A model generated the notes under the pieces. It was not told where the DNA came from and ran no database searches. It saw nothing but the letters and a program-made list of their open reading frames with translations. A stretch of 64,000 nucleotides of DNA, from IMG/VR virus record IMGVR_UViG_3300031521_000025, positions 47,458 to 111,457 of that record. One strand, 5' to 3'. The DNA is from a virus. Below are positions 8,147-17,659 of this stretch, in pieces. The stretch's first letter is position 1. Each line of letters begins with the position of its first letter. Made by a program: the position numbers and the translations under genes.

Positions 8147-11100
8147 TTAAGTATAAGCACTATTTAATCCAGGTATTAATTTACCGCTTTGAGATGTTAC
8201 ATTTACATTATCTTTTTGAGGAATATCATACGAAGGTTTTGTAAAACTCATTTCTTTTTGAATATTTAATACGGCTTGTGCTTGTCTAACAGTTTTTTTA
8301 TACTGTCTGGCTTTAGAAGCATCATTTAAATCAGTATTTTGTTGTTTTAAACCATCAACATTAATTTTTAAATCTTCAACAGCTGTAAACATTAAAGCTT
8401 CATCTTCAGGATCAGGATCCATTCCAGAGTCGGTAGTTTGACTATCTGTTCTAATACAATCAGGAATATAATAAATATCTTCAATATCATAATCTTTTCT
8501 ATGATAAAATCTACAATATTCAGAAGACGGTTCATCTTCATGTATAATATCAATATTTAGAGAAACTTGAACACCCATTGGCATTGCTCCTACCTTTGAT
8601 GCATTTAAATCTACAGCCATGTTTTCGTAATCATCTACATTTAACCCTGTTATTCTTCCTGTAGCGTCTATAAAATCACCAATTCTTATTCTTATAATTG
8701 GTTGTTCTTTCATTTTTCCATCGTTTCTATACCAAGGATAACAACATTGAGCTAAAAATGTTAATTTACTCCATAACATTTCTGGAGTTCCTGTCATTTG
8801 TCCAGGAACAATTCCTGAATACATTCCTCTTGTAAAAGAAGGAAACCCTAAAGTTCCAGAACCCCATTCAGGTAAATACTTTCTTAACTCTTCCAATCTT
8901 TCTTTGTCAGTTAATTGATTTTCATATATATCTTTTGCTTCTGCTTTATTTTTTTTTGCAATTTTAGCTAACTCAGGATCTTTATTTATTTCTTTTTGTT
9001 CAGCCATATCTTTAGCAGCTTTTATTCCCGCTAAAAGAACTTCTGTTGAAAAATCAGAAGCCATATAAAAAGATATTGTTAATTGTCTTGATGTTGATTT
9101 ATATATTCCAACCTTTTCACTTCTACCGTAAAACTCTTGAGTACTCCATTCAGGTGTGTAACTATCATTATAGCTTTGAATGTAAGCAGGAAAAACCATT
9201 CTATTTGGAATTTCAGATCTTAATTGTCCGTTTTTAATAGGGTTTTTTGTGTAAAAATCGCCATTAGTATGTCTACCATGTAGTTTTTCAATAAAAAATT
9301 TATATGAACCAGGTGTGTAATTTCTATATTGGTTCAACATTTCTTCTAATTTCTTAGTAGTAGGGACATCAGGTGTTCCATATGTATAAGGGTTTTGCCC
9401 TTCAGGTACAGAAAATCCTTTATTTATTGTTCCGCCTGAAAATTTATACGATGTTAAGTTTGCAATTTTTCTTCCATTCGCTGAATCTTGAGTAGAAATA
9501 TTTTCTCCATGTTTTGGAAAAGTAGAAGCATTTGAAGTCAACCCAGAAGATTCGTAAGAAGTTCTAGGATCAGTACTAGTTGCTGAATCTTTAGAGTTTG
9601 AAGAATTATCTCCTATGTTTGTAGAAGTAGGATGATGTTGAGCAAAAAGTTTTTTTGCTTTTTGCGATTTTGCTTCGTTAATTTCTAAAGTTGTCTTTTT
9701 TTCGTTTTCTTTAGCTGATTTATCAGAAGAAGTTGTGCTGAATCCTTCACTTGTTGAAGATTTTTGTGATAAAATATCTCTTACATAGTTGATTTTTTTT
9801 TCATATGTTTTATCATTTGAATTAATTAAAGGATCTTTTGAGAAATCAATACCACTTTCTGAAGCATTTTGAGACTCTACCGCAGATGAAAAATATTTAT
9901 TTGTTGCGTCTAAAAAATCTGTATTATTTGTAGCATTTTTTTCGCTTTTTGATTTGTCAAGAGATGCGCTTTGTGTTAATTCTTTCCCTGTATCTCCAGT
10001 AGCAGATACTAATCCAGGATTAGGGTTATTATTTACGAAACCTTTATCTAAAATTTCTTTTTGTTGTTTTATTATTTTTTCTGGATTGTTTTCTGTAACA
10101 TTATTAGGGTTAACGATTTTTTTGTCTATTTTTTTTTCAACAGTTAAATCATCTAAAGAATATCTAGTTTTAATATTATTTTTTCTTGCAAAATCTTTAG
10201 CTTGTTTATCTAAGCCACCGTAATATTTTTGAATACTCAAATCAAATTGAATTCCTTTATATTCTACTCCAAGACCTCCTCCAAAACTTAAAGTACTTGG
10301 ATCAAGATGAAATCCCCAATCAGCATATAATTTATTATCTTTTAGTTTGTCAATAATTGTATTAAAAGATATTTTTTGTGCAATAGCATGTTTTGCAACA
10401 TCTTTATAATAATTAGCGGTTGACTTTAAACCATAGTTGTTGTCAATAATGTTTTTGTTTTGATTAGCTTTCCCTAAAAGAGTATTTTGCATTATATACA
10501 AATCTTTTTTTGTATCACTAAAAGTTTTTACATTTTTTGCATCTAATTGATTTTCATCGCTAATATTTTCAACATCTTTATAATATTTAGAAGTATCTTT
10601 ATTTTCTTCAGTTATAATAACTTTTTCTTCTAATTGATTAGAGTTACTTAATTGACTTATTTCTTTATTGTAATAAAGCTCAGTTTCTTTATCAGCTTCG
10701 CTATTTTGTTGAACTTCACTTAATTGGTTTAAATTACTTAAATTTTCAACATCTTTATAATATTTAGAAGTATCTTTATTTTCTTCAACCACAATAACTT
10801 TTTCTTCAAGTTGGTTTAAGTTGCTTAAAGGGATAACTTCATCTTTATAATACTTAGAAGTGTCTTTATTCTCCTCAATTATAATAGCCTGTTCTTCTAA
10901 TTGATTAGAATCACTTAAAGGTGTAACAACATCTTTATAATATACAGAAGTGTCTTTGTTTTCCTCGATTACAATAACTTGCTCTTCAAGTTGATTTGAG
11001 TTACTTAAAGGAGTAACAAGATCTTTGTAATACTTAGAAGTATCTTTATCTTCCTCAACTACAATAACTTTTTCTTCCAACTGGTTTGAATTGCTTAATT

Positions 11101-11404
11101 CAGATAATTGAGAATAATATTCTTTGGTTATTTTACCGTAATCAGTTTGAGGCGCAAAAGTTAATCCAAGCTCTTTTATTTTTTCATAATAAGCTATAAT
11201 ATTATCATCTGTTGTCTTATGAGTTTCTTGTTGTTGTTTTAAATATATTAAACCTAAGTTAGCAACATTTTTATAATAAGATGTTAATTCAAGTTCAGTA
11301 AATTTTTCTGAAGAAATAATTTTACCTTTTAGTGCTTCTTGTAAAAAAACAACTTCTTTTAAGCTGTTTTTAATACTTTCTTCTATATTTTTTAAATCTG
11401 CCAT
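8147..11404 (-). CDS. large baseplate/tail-tube-initiator-like structural protein with N-terminal tandem repeats
   Basis: C-terminal FPAYIQSYNDSY..W....YGRSE....Y..T.RQLTISF ... PIIRIRIGD tube-like domain, directly downstream of the tape measure gene. Likely start is M19 (11404), which avoids overlap. Confidence 0.65.
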   Translation of the reverse strand: MADLKNIEESIKNSLKEVVFLQEALKGKIISSEKFTELELTSYYKNVANLGLIYLKQQQETHKTTDDNIIAYYEKIKELGLTFAPQTDYGKITKEYYSQLSELSNSNQLEEKVIVVEEDKDTSKYYKDLVTPLSNSNQLEEQVIVIEENKDTSVYYKDVVTPLSDSNQLEEQAIIIEENKDTSKYYKDEVIPLSNLNQLEEKVIVVEENKDTSKYYKDVENLSNLNQLSEVQQNSEADKETELYYNKEISQLSNSNQLEEKVIITEENKDTSKYYKDVENISDENQLDAKNVKTFSDTKKDLYIMQNTLLGKANQNKNIIDNNYGLKSTANYYKDVAKHAIAQKISFNTIIDKLKDNKLYADWGFHLDPSTLSFGGGLGVEYKGIQFDLSIQKYYGGLDKQAKDFARKNNIKTRYSLDDLTVEKKIDKKIVNPNNVTENNPEKIIKQQKEILDKGFVNNNPNPGLVSATGDTGKELTQSASLDKSKSEKNATNNTDFLDATNKYFSSAVESQNASESGIDFSKDPLINSNDKTYEKKINYVRDILSQKSSTSEGFSTTSSDKSAKENEKKTTLEINEAKSQKAKKLFAQHHPTSTNIGDNSSNSKDSATSTDPRTSYESSGLTSNASTFPKHGENISTQDSANGRKIANLTSYKFSGGTINKGFSVPEGQNPYTYGTPDVPTTKKLEEMLNQYRNYTPGSYKFFIEKLHGRHTNGDFYTKNPIKNGQLRSEIPNRMVFPAYIQSYNDSYTPEWSTQEFYGRSEKVGIYKSTSRQLTISFYMASDFSTEVLLAGIKAAKDMAEQKEINKDPELAKIAKKNKAEAKDIYENQLTDKERLEELRKYLPEWGSGTLGFPSFTRGMYSGIVPGQMTGTPEMLWSKLTFLAQCCYPWYRNDGKMKEQPIIRIRIGDFIDATGRITGLNVDDYENMAVDLNASKVGAMPMGVQVSLNIDIIHEDEPSSEYCRFYHRKDYDIEDIYYIPDCIRTDSQTTDSGMDPDPEDEALMFTAVEDLKINVDGLKQQNTDLNDASKARQYKKTVRQAQAVLNIQKEMSFTKPSYDIPQKDNVNVTSQSGKLIPGLNSAYT
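10540..11100 (-). repeat. six-plus coding tandem repeats of 29-30 aa (87-90 bp)
   Basis: LSNSNQLEEKVIVVEENKDTSKYYKD-like units repeated in frame. Confidence 0.9.
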
Positions 11405-11411
11405 TTTTATA

Positions 11412-14273
11412 TTACTTTTGTTGAACTGATATTTTACCTCCACCGAATAAAGGATCACTACTTGAATTAACTATTACTGTGTTATTGTTGTTATTTGTAT
11501 TATTATTTGCTACTGAAGCGCTTGTACCTCTTGCGTTTTGATCTGATCTTTCACCAGTTGCTCTTGTAGGGACAATATCTTTAACTGAACTAAGAGCCAT
11601 TGAATATTCTCCTTTATCTCCTTTAATATTTGCTTCAGGAGTAACAGGAGAAGCATTAGATGCTACACCAAACATTTCATCCCATGAATTTGCACTAATA
11701 TCTTTTTTTGCTGGTTCTGAATCAAAAAAGTTTAAATATTTTACTAAAGAGTTAAATCCGTCTATTAATTCATCTAAACCATTAGAGAACCACCCTAAAA
11801 TATCATTTATAGGTAAAAAATAATTAATAAAATCAAGTATAGTACTTCCAACTTTATTAAATATATTAGAAAACCAATTAGAAGTGTTTTGCCATATATT
11901 AGAAAACCAACTTGCCGTGTTTTGCCATATATTAGAAAACCAATTAGAAATATCTTTCCACATGTCAGAAAACCAATCTCCAATTTTATCTGCAACCCAA
12001 GAAATACCTTTCCATAGTAATTCAAAAGATTTATAAACTAAATATCCAACTGCAATTAAAGGTAAAAAAGCTATTTTAATAATATCCCATATAACATCTT
12101 TAAATTCGTAAATAACATATCCTAATAAAGCTATTGCTGCAACGACTGCTATTACAGGCCATGATATAGTTAAAAGCGCAAAACCGGCTGCTAAAGCTTC
12201 TGCAGCTAATAAACCTAAAGGAATAACGTTTGCTAAAGCTGCAAAAGCCATAGCTGTTAAAGAAGGTAAATAAGCAATAGCTATAATACCAATAACATAC
12301 CCTAAATATTCTCCTAAAGTTTGCAAAGTGCTTGAAACTACTTCAACGACTGGCATGATGTAAGAACTTATACTATCCCAAATAGAAGAAAGAGCTCCAA
12401 AAACATATGTAAACGTTTCACCTACTCCTGTTATAACACCTATAAGAAAATCTAATCCAGTAATTATAAAAGCAATTGAAATTGCAAAATCAAGAATAGG
12501 TTTAACAAATGACCAAATTGCAGAAGTAATATCAATAAATGCTTTTATTAAAGGGCCAAAAACTTTAGCTAATGGGTCAACTATTGTACTCCGTAAACTT
12601 CCTGATAGCATAGAAAGTGATTCTAGTATTGTTCTGTTTTTAACTTCTTCGTTTTTTATCTGTAATTTTTGAAAGAAATTAGCCTTTTCTGGACTCATTA
12701 GTTTTTCAAGAGCAATACCTGTCTCTTCTGACATTTTTCCTAAACGACTAACAGCTTGAATAGCTTCTTGATCTATTCCTGCTCCTTTTAGGGTTGCTAT
12801 ACCAGCGTTAGTAACTCCATGCTCTCCCATCATACCTTTAGCTTTTAAATCTTTAGCTAAATTTCCAACCATTATTCCTATTGCTTTATCGCCTTGGCCT
12901 GTTTGTTTTAAAGCATATATTTTAGCCATATTGTTTGCTGTATTCCCTAATTCTAACGCAGCAAATGATTGTTGTTTGGTAAATAAATCTGTAACTGATT
13001 CTAATCCACCGATTGAACCCATTAAAGTGTTTACATTTGAACCTAAGAGTGTAGCATATAAAGCTAAGTTTTTCATACCTTGAAGTTGAGTGAAATAATA
13101 ACTTCCTGCTAATGCTGCTACTTGTTGTAAATTTTTAACTGCTGCTTCCATACTTAATCCTGCGTCTTTTGCAGCATCTGCAGTTTCTGTAGCTAAAAGT
13201 GTTGATTCTTTTAACCCAGTATTGTAATTCATTGTTAATTCTCTTACAGCTTCTGATAAATTAACACCCCAAAGTTTGCTATACTTTGCAGCTTCTTTTC
13301 CGAAATATAACATTTCGTCTCCAGCTTCTTTCAAGTTTGTTTTCATTCCAGCTATTTGGCCAAACCCATCTGTAAATAACCCACCCATTGCTTTTGAAAA
13401 ATCTTCCATAGAAAGATTACTCATTAATAGTTGTGTTTTTAAACTTTCAGCAGAGCCAGTCATGTTACCCATTGCATCAGAATTTATCATAAATGCATTA
13501 AATAAACCGCTAGAATTTCTAGTCATTTCAATTAAGACACTGTTTAGCTCGGTTATCTGTTTCCAAACCATTTCTGCAACATCTTTAAGGATATCAAAAG
13601 CTACTTTTACTAACATTAACTCTTCGGCTGTATATCCAGCTTCAACTCCTGCAGTAATAATAGAGTTTTCGAAAGAAGTCATAAAGTTATCTTTTAACGC
13701 ATTTTGCACGTTGTTAATACCTCCTTGAAAAGTTTTTAAATTATCCATAGCAAATCCTTTATCTAAAAGACTTTTCATTTTGTCTTCAAATTCAGCTCCA
13801 GATATTGCACCAAAATCAAGTTCGTCTTTTAATTTATCTATTTGTAAAGATAAATCTTTTGCTGCTTTTTCAGCAACATCTATTTTAGAAAACTTTGATT
13901 GATAATTGTCAAATGATTTAATAAGTTTTTCGTTAGCTTTTTCTGTAGCTTTTTCTTGACTTTCTATTTGTTTGTTTATTATTAAAGCTTTTGCTCTTTG
14001 TTTGTCTAAATTTTTCTCTAAAGCTTCAATTTTTTCAAGATTTTCAGGCTCTTTTCTCCTAACATCATCAAGTTTTTTTTGAGCTTTTACTATTCTTTCT
14101 GTTATAGTATTAGCTGTAACTTCTAATTCTTCTAAATTTTTAGTAGCTTTATCAAAATTTAAAGCAGCACCTTCAGGAGTACTAGCTTTATTTGTTACAG
14201 ACGATTTTCCTGAGGTTTTAATTATAGAACTAAAACCTTGCCCCATAAGATCAAATAATTGGCCGAATTTCAT
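11412..14273 (-). CDS. tail tape measure protein
   Basis: 953 aa, helical and Ala/Gly-rich, with hydrophobic segments and 11-aa W/F periodic repeats (WFSNIWQNTAS). Confidence 0.85.
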   Translation of the reverse strand: MKFGQLFDLMGQGFSSIIKTSGKSSVTNKASTPEGAALNFDKATKNLEELEVTANTITERIVKAQKKLDDVRRKEPENLEKIEALEKNLDKQRAKALIINKQIESQEKATEKANEKLIKSFDNYQSKFSKIDVAEKAAKDLSLQIDKLKDELDFGAISGAEFEDKMKSLLDKGFAMDNLKTFQGGINNVQNALKDNFMTSFENSIITAGVEAGYTAEELMLVKVAFDILKDVAEMVWKQITELNSVLIEMTRNSSGLFNAFMINSDAMGNMTGSAESLKTQLLMSNLSMEDFSKAMGGLFTDGFGQIAGMKTNLKEAGDEMLYFGKEAAKYSKLWGVNLSEAVRELTMNYNTGLKESTLLATETADAAKDAGLSMEAAVKNLQQVAALAGSYYFTQLQGMKNLALYATLLGSNVNTLMGSIGGLESVTDLFTKQQSFAALELGNTANNMAKIYALKQTGQGDKAIGIMVGNLAKDLKAKGMMGEHGVTNAGIATLKGAGIDQEAIQAVSRLGKMSEETGIALEKLMSPEKANFFQKLQIKNEEVKNRTILESLSMLSGSLRSTIVDPLAKVFGPLIKAFIDITSAIWSFVKPILDFAISIAFIITGLDFLIGVITGVGETFTYVFGALSSIWDSISSYIMPVVEVVSSTLQTLGEYLGYVIGIIAIAYLPSLTAMAFAALANVIPLGLLAAEALAAGFALLTISWPVIAVVAAIALLGYVIYEFKDVIWDIIKIAFLPLIAVGYLVYKSFELLWKGISWVADKIGDWFSDMWKDISNWFSNIWQNTASWFSNIWQNTSNWFSNIFNKVGSTILDFINYFLPINDILGWFSNGLDELIDGFNSLVKYLNFFDSEPAKKDISANSWDEMFGVASNASPVTPEANIKGDKGEYSMALSSVKDIVPTRATGERSDQNARGTSASVANNNTNNNNNTVIVNSSSDPLFGGGKISVQQK
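11862..11980 (-). repeat. 33-bp coding repeats in tape measure gene
   Basis: AGAAAACCAA core recurs four times at 33-bp spacing and encodes WFSxxW units. Confidence 0.85.
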
Positions 14274-14344
14274 TTTTGTTTTAGTTTAAATATAAAGAAG
14301 TTAATCTGTTTTTGAGTAATTGTTAATAAAAGATAAAAAAAAAT

Positions 14345-14356
14345 CTTATATTTAAA
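14345..14356 (+). promoter_or_regulatory. recurrent phage promoter-like motif CTTATATTTAAA
   Basis: Identical 12-mer at 14345, 17619 and 25986. Variants CTTATTTTAAA (5232, 32651, 36866, 44529, 54138) and TGTATTTAAA (27371, 44355, 58372) all lie shortly upstream of starts. Confidence 0.6.
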
Positions 14357-14378
14357 TTAAAAAAGTAAATTTAAAAAT

Positions 14379-15299
14379 ATGGATGAAATTTTAGAAAAAG
14401 CAGAAGATAGAGGATCAACTGTTAGTACCTCTAACATTAATAACGCAGATGGAGAAGCAGAATATGTTTATTTGCCATCTAAAGGTGTTTTTTATAAAGG
14501 TAAGTTTAAAGGTCTAGATAAATTAAAAGTTAGAAAATTAGATTACACAGATGAAGATATTCTTACAACAAAATCTTATTATGACAATAATACTTTGTTT
14601 GATGAAATACTAAAAAACACTATTGTTGACGAAAATGGATTTAAAGCAGAAGATTTAGTTCCAATCGATCGTGATACTATTATTTGGTGGTTAAGAATAG
14701 GTTCGTTTGGTTCTGAATACCAAATACCTTATACTTGTACTAACCCTAAATGTAAAGTGAAAACTAATATTATTTGGGATTTGTCTGATTTCGACATGCC
14801 TGATTTACCTATTGAAGTTGAAGAAGAAATAGTTGAAACAGGTGGAATTCTTATTACTTTACCTCTTTCTAAATTAAAGTGTAAAATAACTGTTGCGTCT
14901 ATAGGAAAAGAGCTTAAAGTTCATAAGTTTTTAACAAAAAGAAAAGAAACCGTTAATAAAAAGAACCCAAGTTTAAATATTACAAAAGAATTTACAATAA
15001 CTGGTCGTCTTTTAGCTGCTATTGAAAAAGTTTATGATATTTCAGGTAAAGAATATTCAGGGATTGATGAAACTATAAATTGGTTAAATTCAGCATATAA
15101 CGGAAAACCACTTCCTATTATAGATTCTCGCTATATAATTAAAAAAATTAAAGAAATCACAATGGAAGTTAATACAAAGAAAGATATAGAATGTCCTTCT
15201 TGTAACCACATTGAGGAGGGTGTGAGAATGCCAATGAGCATTTACTTTTTTTGGCCTGAATTTGAAGAGTTATCGGGAGTATCTAATAAAATCAATTAA
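14379..15299 (+). CDS. T4 gp26-like baseplate hub assembly / tail assembly chaperone
   Basis: LPSKG.FY, DEDILT, D...I...LRI.SFG.EY, two Cys pairs (CTNPKC, CPSC), ends with FFWP. Confidence 0.75.
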   Translation: MDEILEKAEDRGSTVSTSNINNADGEAEYVYLPSKGVFYKGKFKGLDKLKVRKLDYTDEDILTTKSYYDNNTLFDEILKNTIVDENGFKAEDLVPIDRDTIIWWLRIGSFGSEYQIPYTCTNPKCKVKTNIIWDLSDFDMPDLPIEVEEEIVETGGILITLPLSKLKCKITVASIGKELKVHKFLTKRKETVNKKNPSLNITKEFTITGRLLAAIEKVYDISGKEYSGIDETINWLNSAYNGKPLPIIDSRYIIKKIKEITMEVNTKKDIECPSCNHIEEGVRMPMSIYFFWPEFEELSGVSNKIN

Positions 15300-15420
15300 T
15301 TTTTTAGTCTTCTGGGGGAGAATAGATTACCAATCAACTTTAAGAATGCCAATAAAAAAAAGAAGAGATTGGTTAAAATTAACCCAAGAGAATTTAAAAA
15401 TATTATATGGAAAAAAATAA
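15238..15420 (+). CDS. gp51-like small ORF overlapping the gp26-like gene in the +1 frame; probable frameshift extension
   Basis: FFGLNLKSYREYLIKSINFLVFWGRIDYQSTLRMPIKKRRDWLKL...GKK*. No ATG until the internal MP; a T7 run lies at 15246-15252. Confidence 0.55.
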   Translation, partial: AFTFFGLNLKSYREYLIKSINFLVFWGRIDYQSTLRMPIKKRRDWLKLTQENLKILYGKK

Positions 15421-15519
15421 CAAAAAAGGTGAAACAATAAAATTTCACCTTTTTTGTTGAAATAATTTGGTTTGAATAAAAAAAAATAATAAATTTAACA
15501 AATTTTAAAAACAAAAAAA

Positions 15520-16014
15520 ATGAATAGACCAATAGAAAGAATAGATTATTTTCTTGATAATATTGATTGGGTAAACCTAATTAGAAATATTTGGAAAATT
15601 GAAGGCGATTTAATTTTTCAACTTGAGGGGTTTGAATTGGAAAAATTCGCGAAAGAATTATCTCTTTGTAAAGAAGATATAAGAAAAAAATGGAGACAAG
15701 AAAGTGATTTAAGAATATCACAAGTGTTAATTACCAATAACTACCTTCCTTACATACCAGGGTTTTGGTATGGACTTGAAGATTGGCAAATTTTATTAAA
15801 ACAAGGAATAAATCCAAGAAATTTTTTACTTTGGGGAACTTTTGGAGTTAACAGAGATACATTTAAATGGATTTTAGTTAAAAACATGAGTTTTTCTCAT
15901 ATTAAAAACATTTTAAATGATTTTCAAAGCAAAAATCAACTACTACATCCAGAATTTTTAAAAGCTTTCAAAGATGAATTAAAATATGACTTTAAAACCA
16001 TTGAAAATGAATAA
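15520..16014 (+). CDS. hypothetical protein
   Basis: 164-aa ORF with typical codon usage. Confidence 0.65.
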   Translation: MNRPIERIDYFLDNIDWVNLIRNIWKIEGDLIFQLEGFELEKFAKELSLCKEDIRKKWRQESDLRISQVLITNNYLPYIPGFWYGLEDWQILLKQGINPRNFLLWGTFGVNRDTFKWILVKNMSFSHIKNILNDFQSKNQLLHPEFLKAFKDELKYDFKTIENE

Positions 16015-16546
16015 AAAAGTCACATTACATGATAAAAATTTTGTCTTATTTAAGACACAAGATCAAATAAACAATACAATAAAGAAAATTGCAACAAGTA
16101 TAAACAGTATGAACCCTATTAATTCAGTGTTTATCCCTGTTTTAAACGGTTCTTTTATGTTTACAAGTGATTTGTGTAAAGAACTAAAAATACTTCCGGA
16201 AATTCAATTTATTAAAGTCAAATCTTATGAAGATTTTGAATCATCTGGCAAGGTTACTGAATTAATAGGCTTAAAAGATTCTTTAGAAGGAAAAACTGTT
16301 TTTATTATTGAAGATATAGTTGATACTGGTATAACAATATCAAATCTTTATAATAAAATTAAACTTATGAATCCTAAAGAAATTTATGTAGTTACTTTAT
16401 TGTTTAAACCAGATAAATATAATGGAGGTCTTGATATAAACATTTTATATGGTTTTTCAATTGCAAATGATTTTGTGGTTGGTTATGGAATGGATTATAA
16501 TGAACTCGGTAGAAATCTTAAAGAAATTTATGTTTTAAAAGAATAA
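15986..16546 (+). CDS. hpt: hypoxanthine/guanine phosphoribosyltransferase
   Basis: VLNGSFMF..DL, VKSY, PRPP motif IIEDIVDTG.T, FVVGYGMDY...GRNL; the start may be 16007. Confidence 0.92.
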   Translation: MTLKPLKMNKKVTLHDKNFVLFKTQDQINNTIKKIATSINSMNPINSVFIPVLNGSFMFTSDLCKELKILPEIQFIKVKSYEDFESSGKVTELIGLKDSLEGKTVFIIEDIVDTGITISNLYNKIKLMNPKEIYVVTLLFKPDKYNGGLDINILYGFSIANDFVVGYGMDYNELGRNLKEIYVLKE

Positions 16547-16551
16547 AACAT

Positions 16552-16587
16552 AAAAAAAGAGTTAAATTTGATTTTAACTCTTTTTTT
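16552..16587. terminator. bidirectional intrinsic terminator
   Basis: A7-GAGTTAAA-loop-TTTAACTC-T7 between convergent genes. Confidence 0.8.
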
Positions 16588-16592
16588 ATGTT

Positions 16593-17174
16593 TTATCTTA
16601 CTCTTTTTGTTTTTTTAATGGTTTTATTAATGTAGCCTTTGCCTGTAATATATGCGTCAGAACAGTCTAAAACAAAATCTTCATATACTGTTTTTCCTTT
16701 ATCTTTTCCTCTAGTTACTACCCTAGTTGGAAAATAGCTTTCTCCTAATTCAGCCAAAACATAAGCAAACATCTGCTCTTTTTGTTTCACTCCTGTGTTT
16801 TTTTTCATTATAGCGGTAGGAAATGCATATTTTCTTGAATCAGTTACAGTCATTGTATCAATCTTTAATCCAAGCTTATAACAGATTAATTGATAGCCAA
16901 AATTAGCTTGACTTAATGTAGTGGTAGTTTTAGAAGAACTATTCCCTCCAAACATCGCAACAAAAGCTTCTTCAATTACAACTTCGTCAATTTCGCTATG
17001 TCTTACAAGAATATCTTCTTTCAACCACTTTTCAAACTCTAATACTTTTTCTAATAAAGTATCTTTTTGAGGAACAGACCAGTGACTAATTTCAATTAAT
17101 TCACATGTTTCTTTACTCCATATACAAAACCCCACAGTTTTCGTAGAAGCATCCAGACTCAATAATTTTTTCAT
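16593..17174 (-). CDS. RuvC-like Holliday junction resolvase
   Basis: LLSLDASTKTVG, VVIEE, C-terminal D..DA acidic triad. Confidence 0.8.
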   Translation of the reverse strand: MKKLLSLDASTKTVGFCIWSKETCELIEISHWSVPQKDTLLEKVLEFEKWLKEDILVRHSEIDEVVIEEAFVAMFGGNSSSKTTTTLSQANFGYQLICYKLGLKIDTMTVTDSRKYAFPTAIMKKNTGVKQKEQMFAYVLAELGESYFPTRVVTRGKDKGKTVYEDFVLDCSDAYITGKGYINKTIKKTKRVR

Positions 17175-17241
17175 AATTTTAATGTTTTATCTATAAAATA
17201 AGAAAAAATAAGTGTATTTAGAAATAAATAACTAATATCTA

Positions 17242-17490
17242 ATGAACCTTAAAGGAAGTTATATCAATTTAGGAGAAACACCTACAGAAAGATTAAGAAA
17301 TAAACTTAATCCAATTTTACATATAATAGATATGCTTCAAAGTGGGGATACAGACACTGAAGATGTTAAATTTATGATAACTCAAGCAAAGAGAGTTGAT
17401 ATAGATGAAATTGTAACATATATTGAAGATTGCGAAACTTTAATATACGATGATGTTAAAAAACCTTGGGAAGACCTTATAAAAAAATAA
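17242..17490 (+). CDS. hypothetical protein
   Basis: 82-aa ORF. Confidence 0.55.
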   Translation: MNLKGSYINLGETPTERLRNKLNPILHIIDMLQSGDTDTEDVKFMITQAKRVDIDEIVTYIEDCETLIYDDVKKPWEDLIKK

Positions 17491-17659
17491 TTCATTTTTC
17501 TTTTTTGCAATAATTTTATTACCACATTGTTATAAACTTTTGTGTTTGTATTTACATGCTTTAGTTATAAATTAAAAAGTTTTTTACTATTTATTTTTAC
17601 TTTATTTAGAAAAAAAAACTTATATTTAAAACATAATTATTATAAACCAATAAATAAAA

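Noticed and set aside
10540-11100. ~90-bp repeats as a CRISPR array or DGR template/variable repeats
   Set aside because: They are in-frame coding repeats with mostly synonymous or conservative differences, and there is no reverse transcriptase in the window.
11862-11980. Regularly spaced direct repeats resembling a mini CRISPR array
   Set aside because: The 33-bp in-frame period encodes tape-measure W/F repeats, the 'spacers' are similar to each other, and no cas genes are present.
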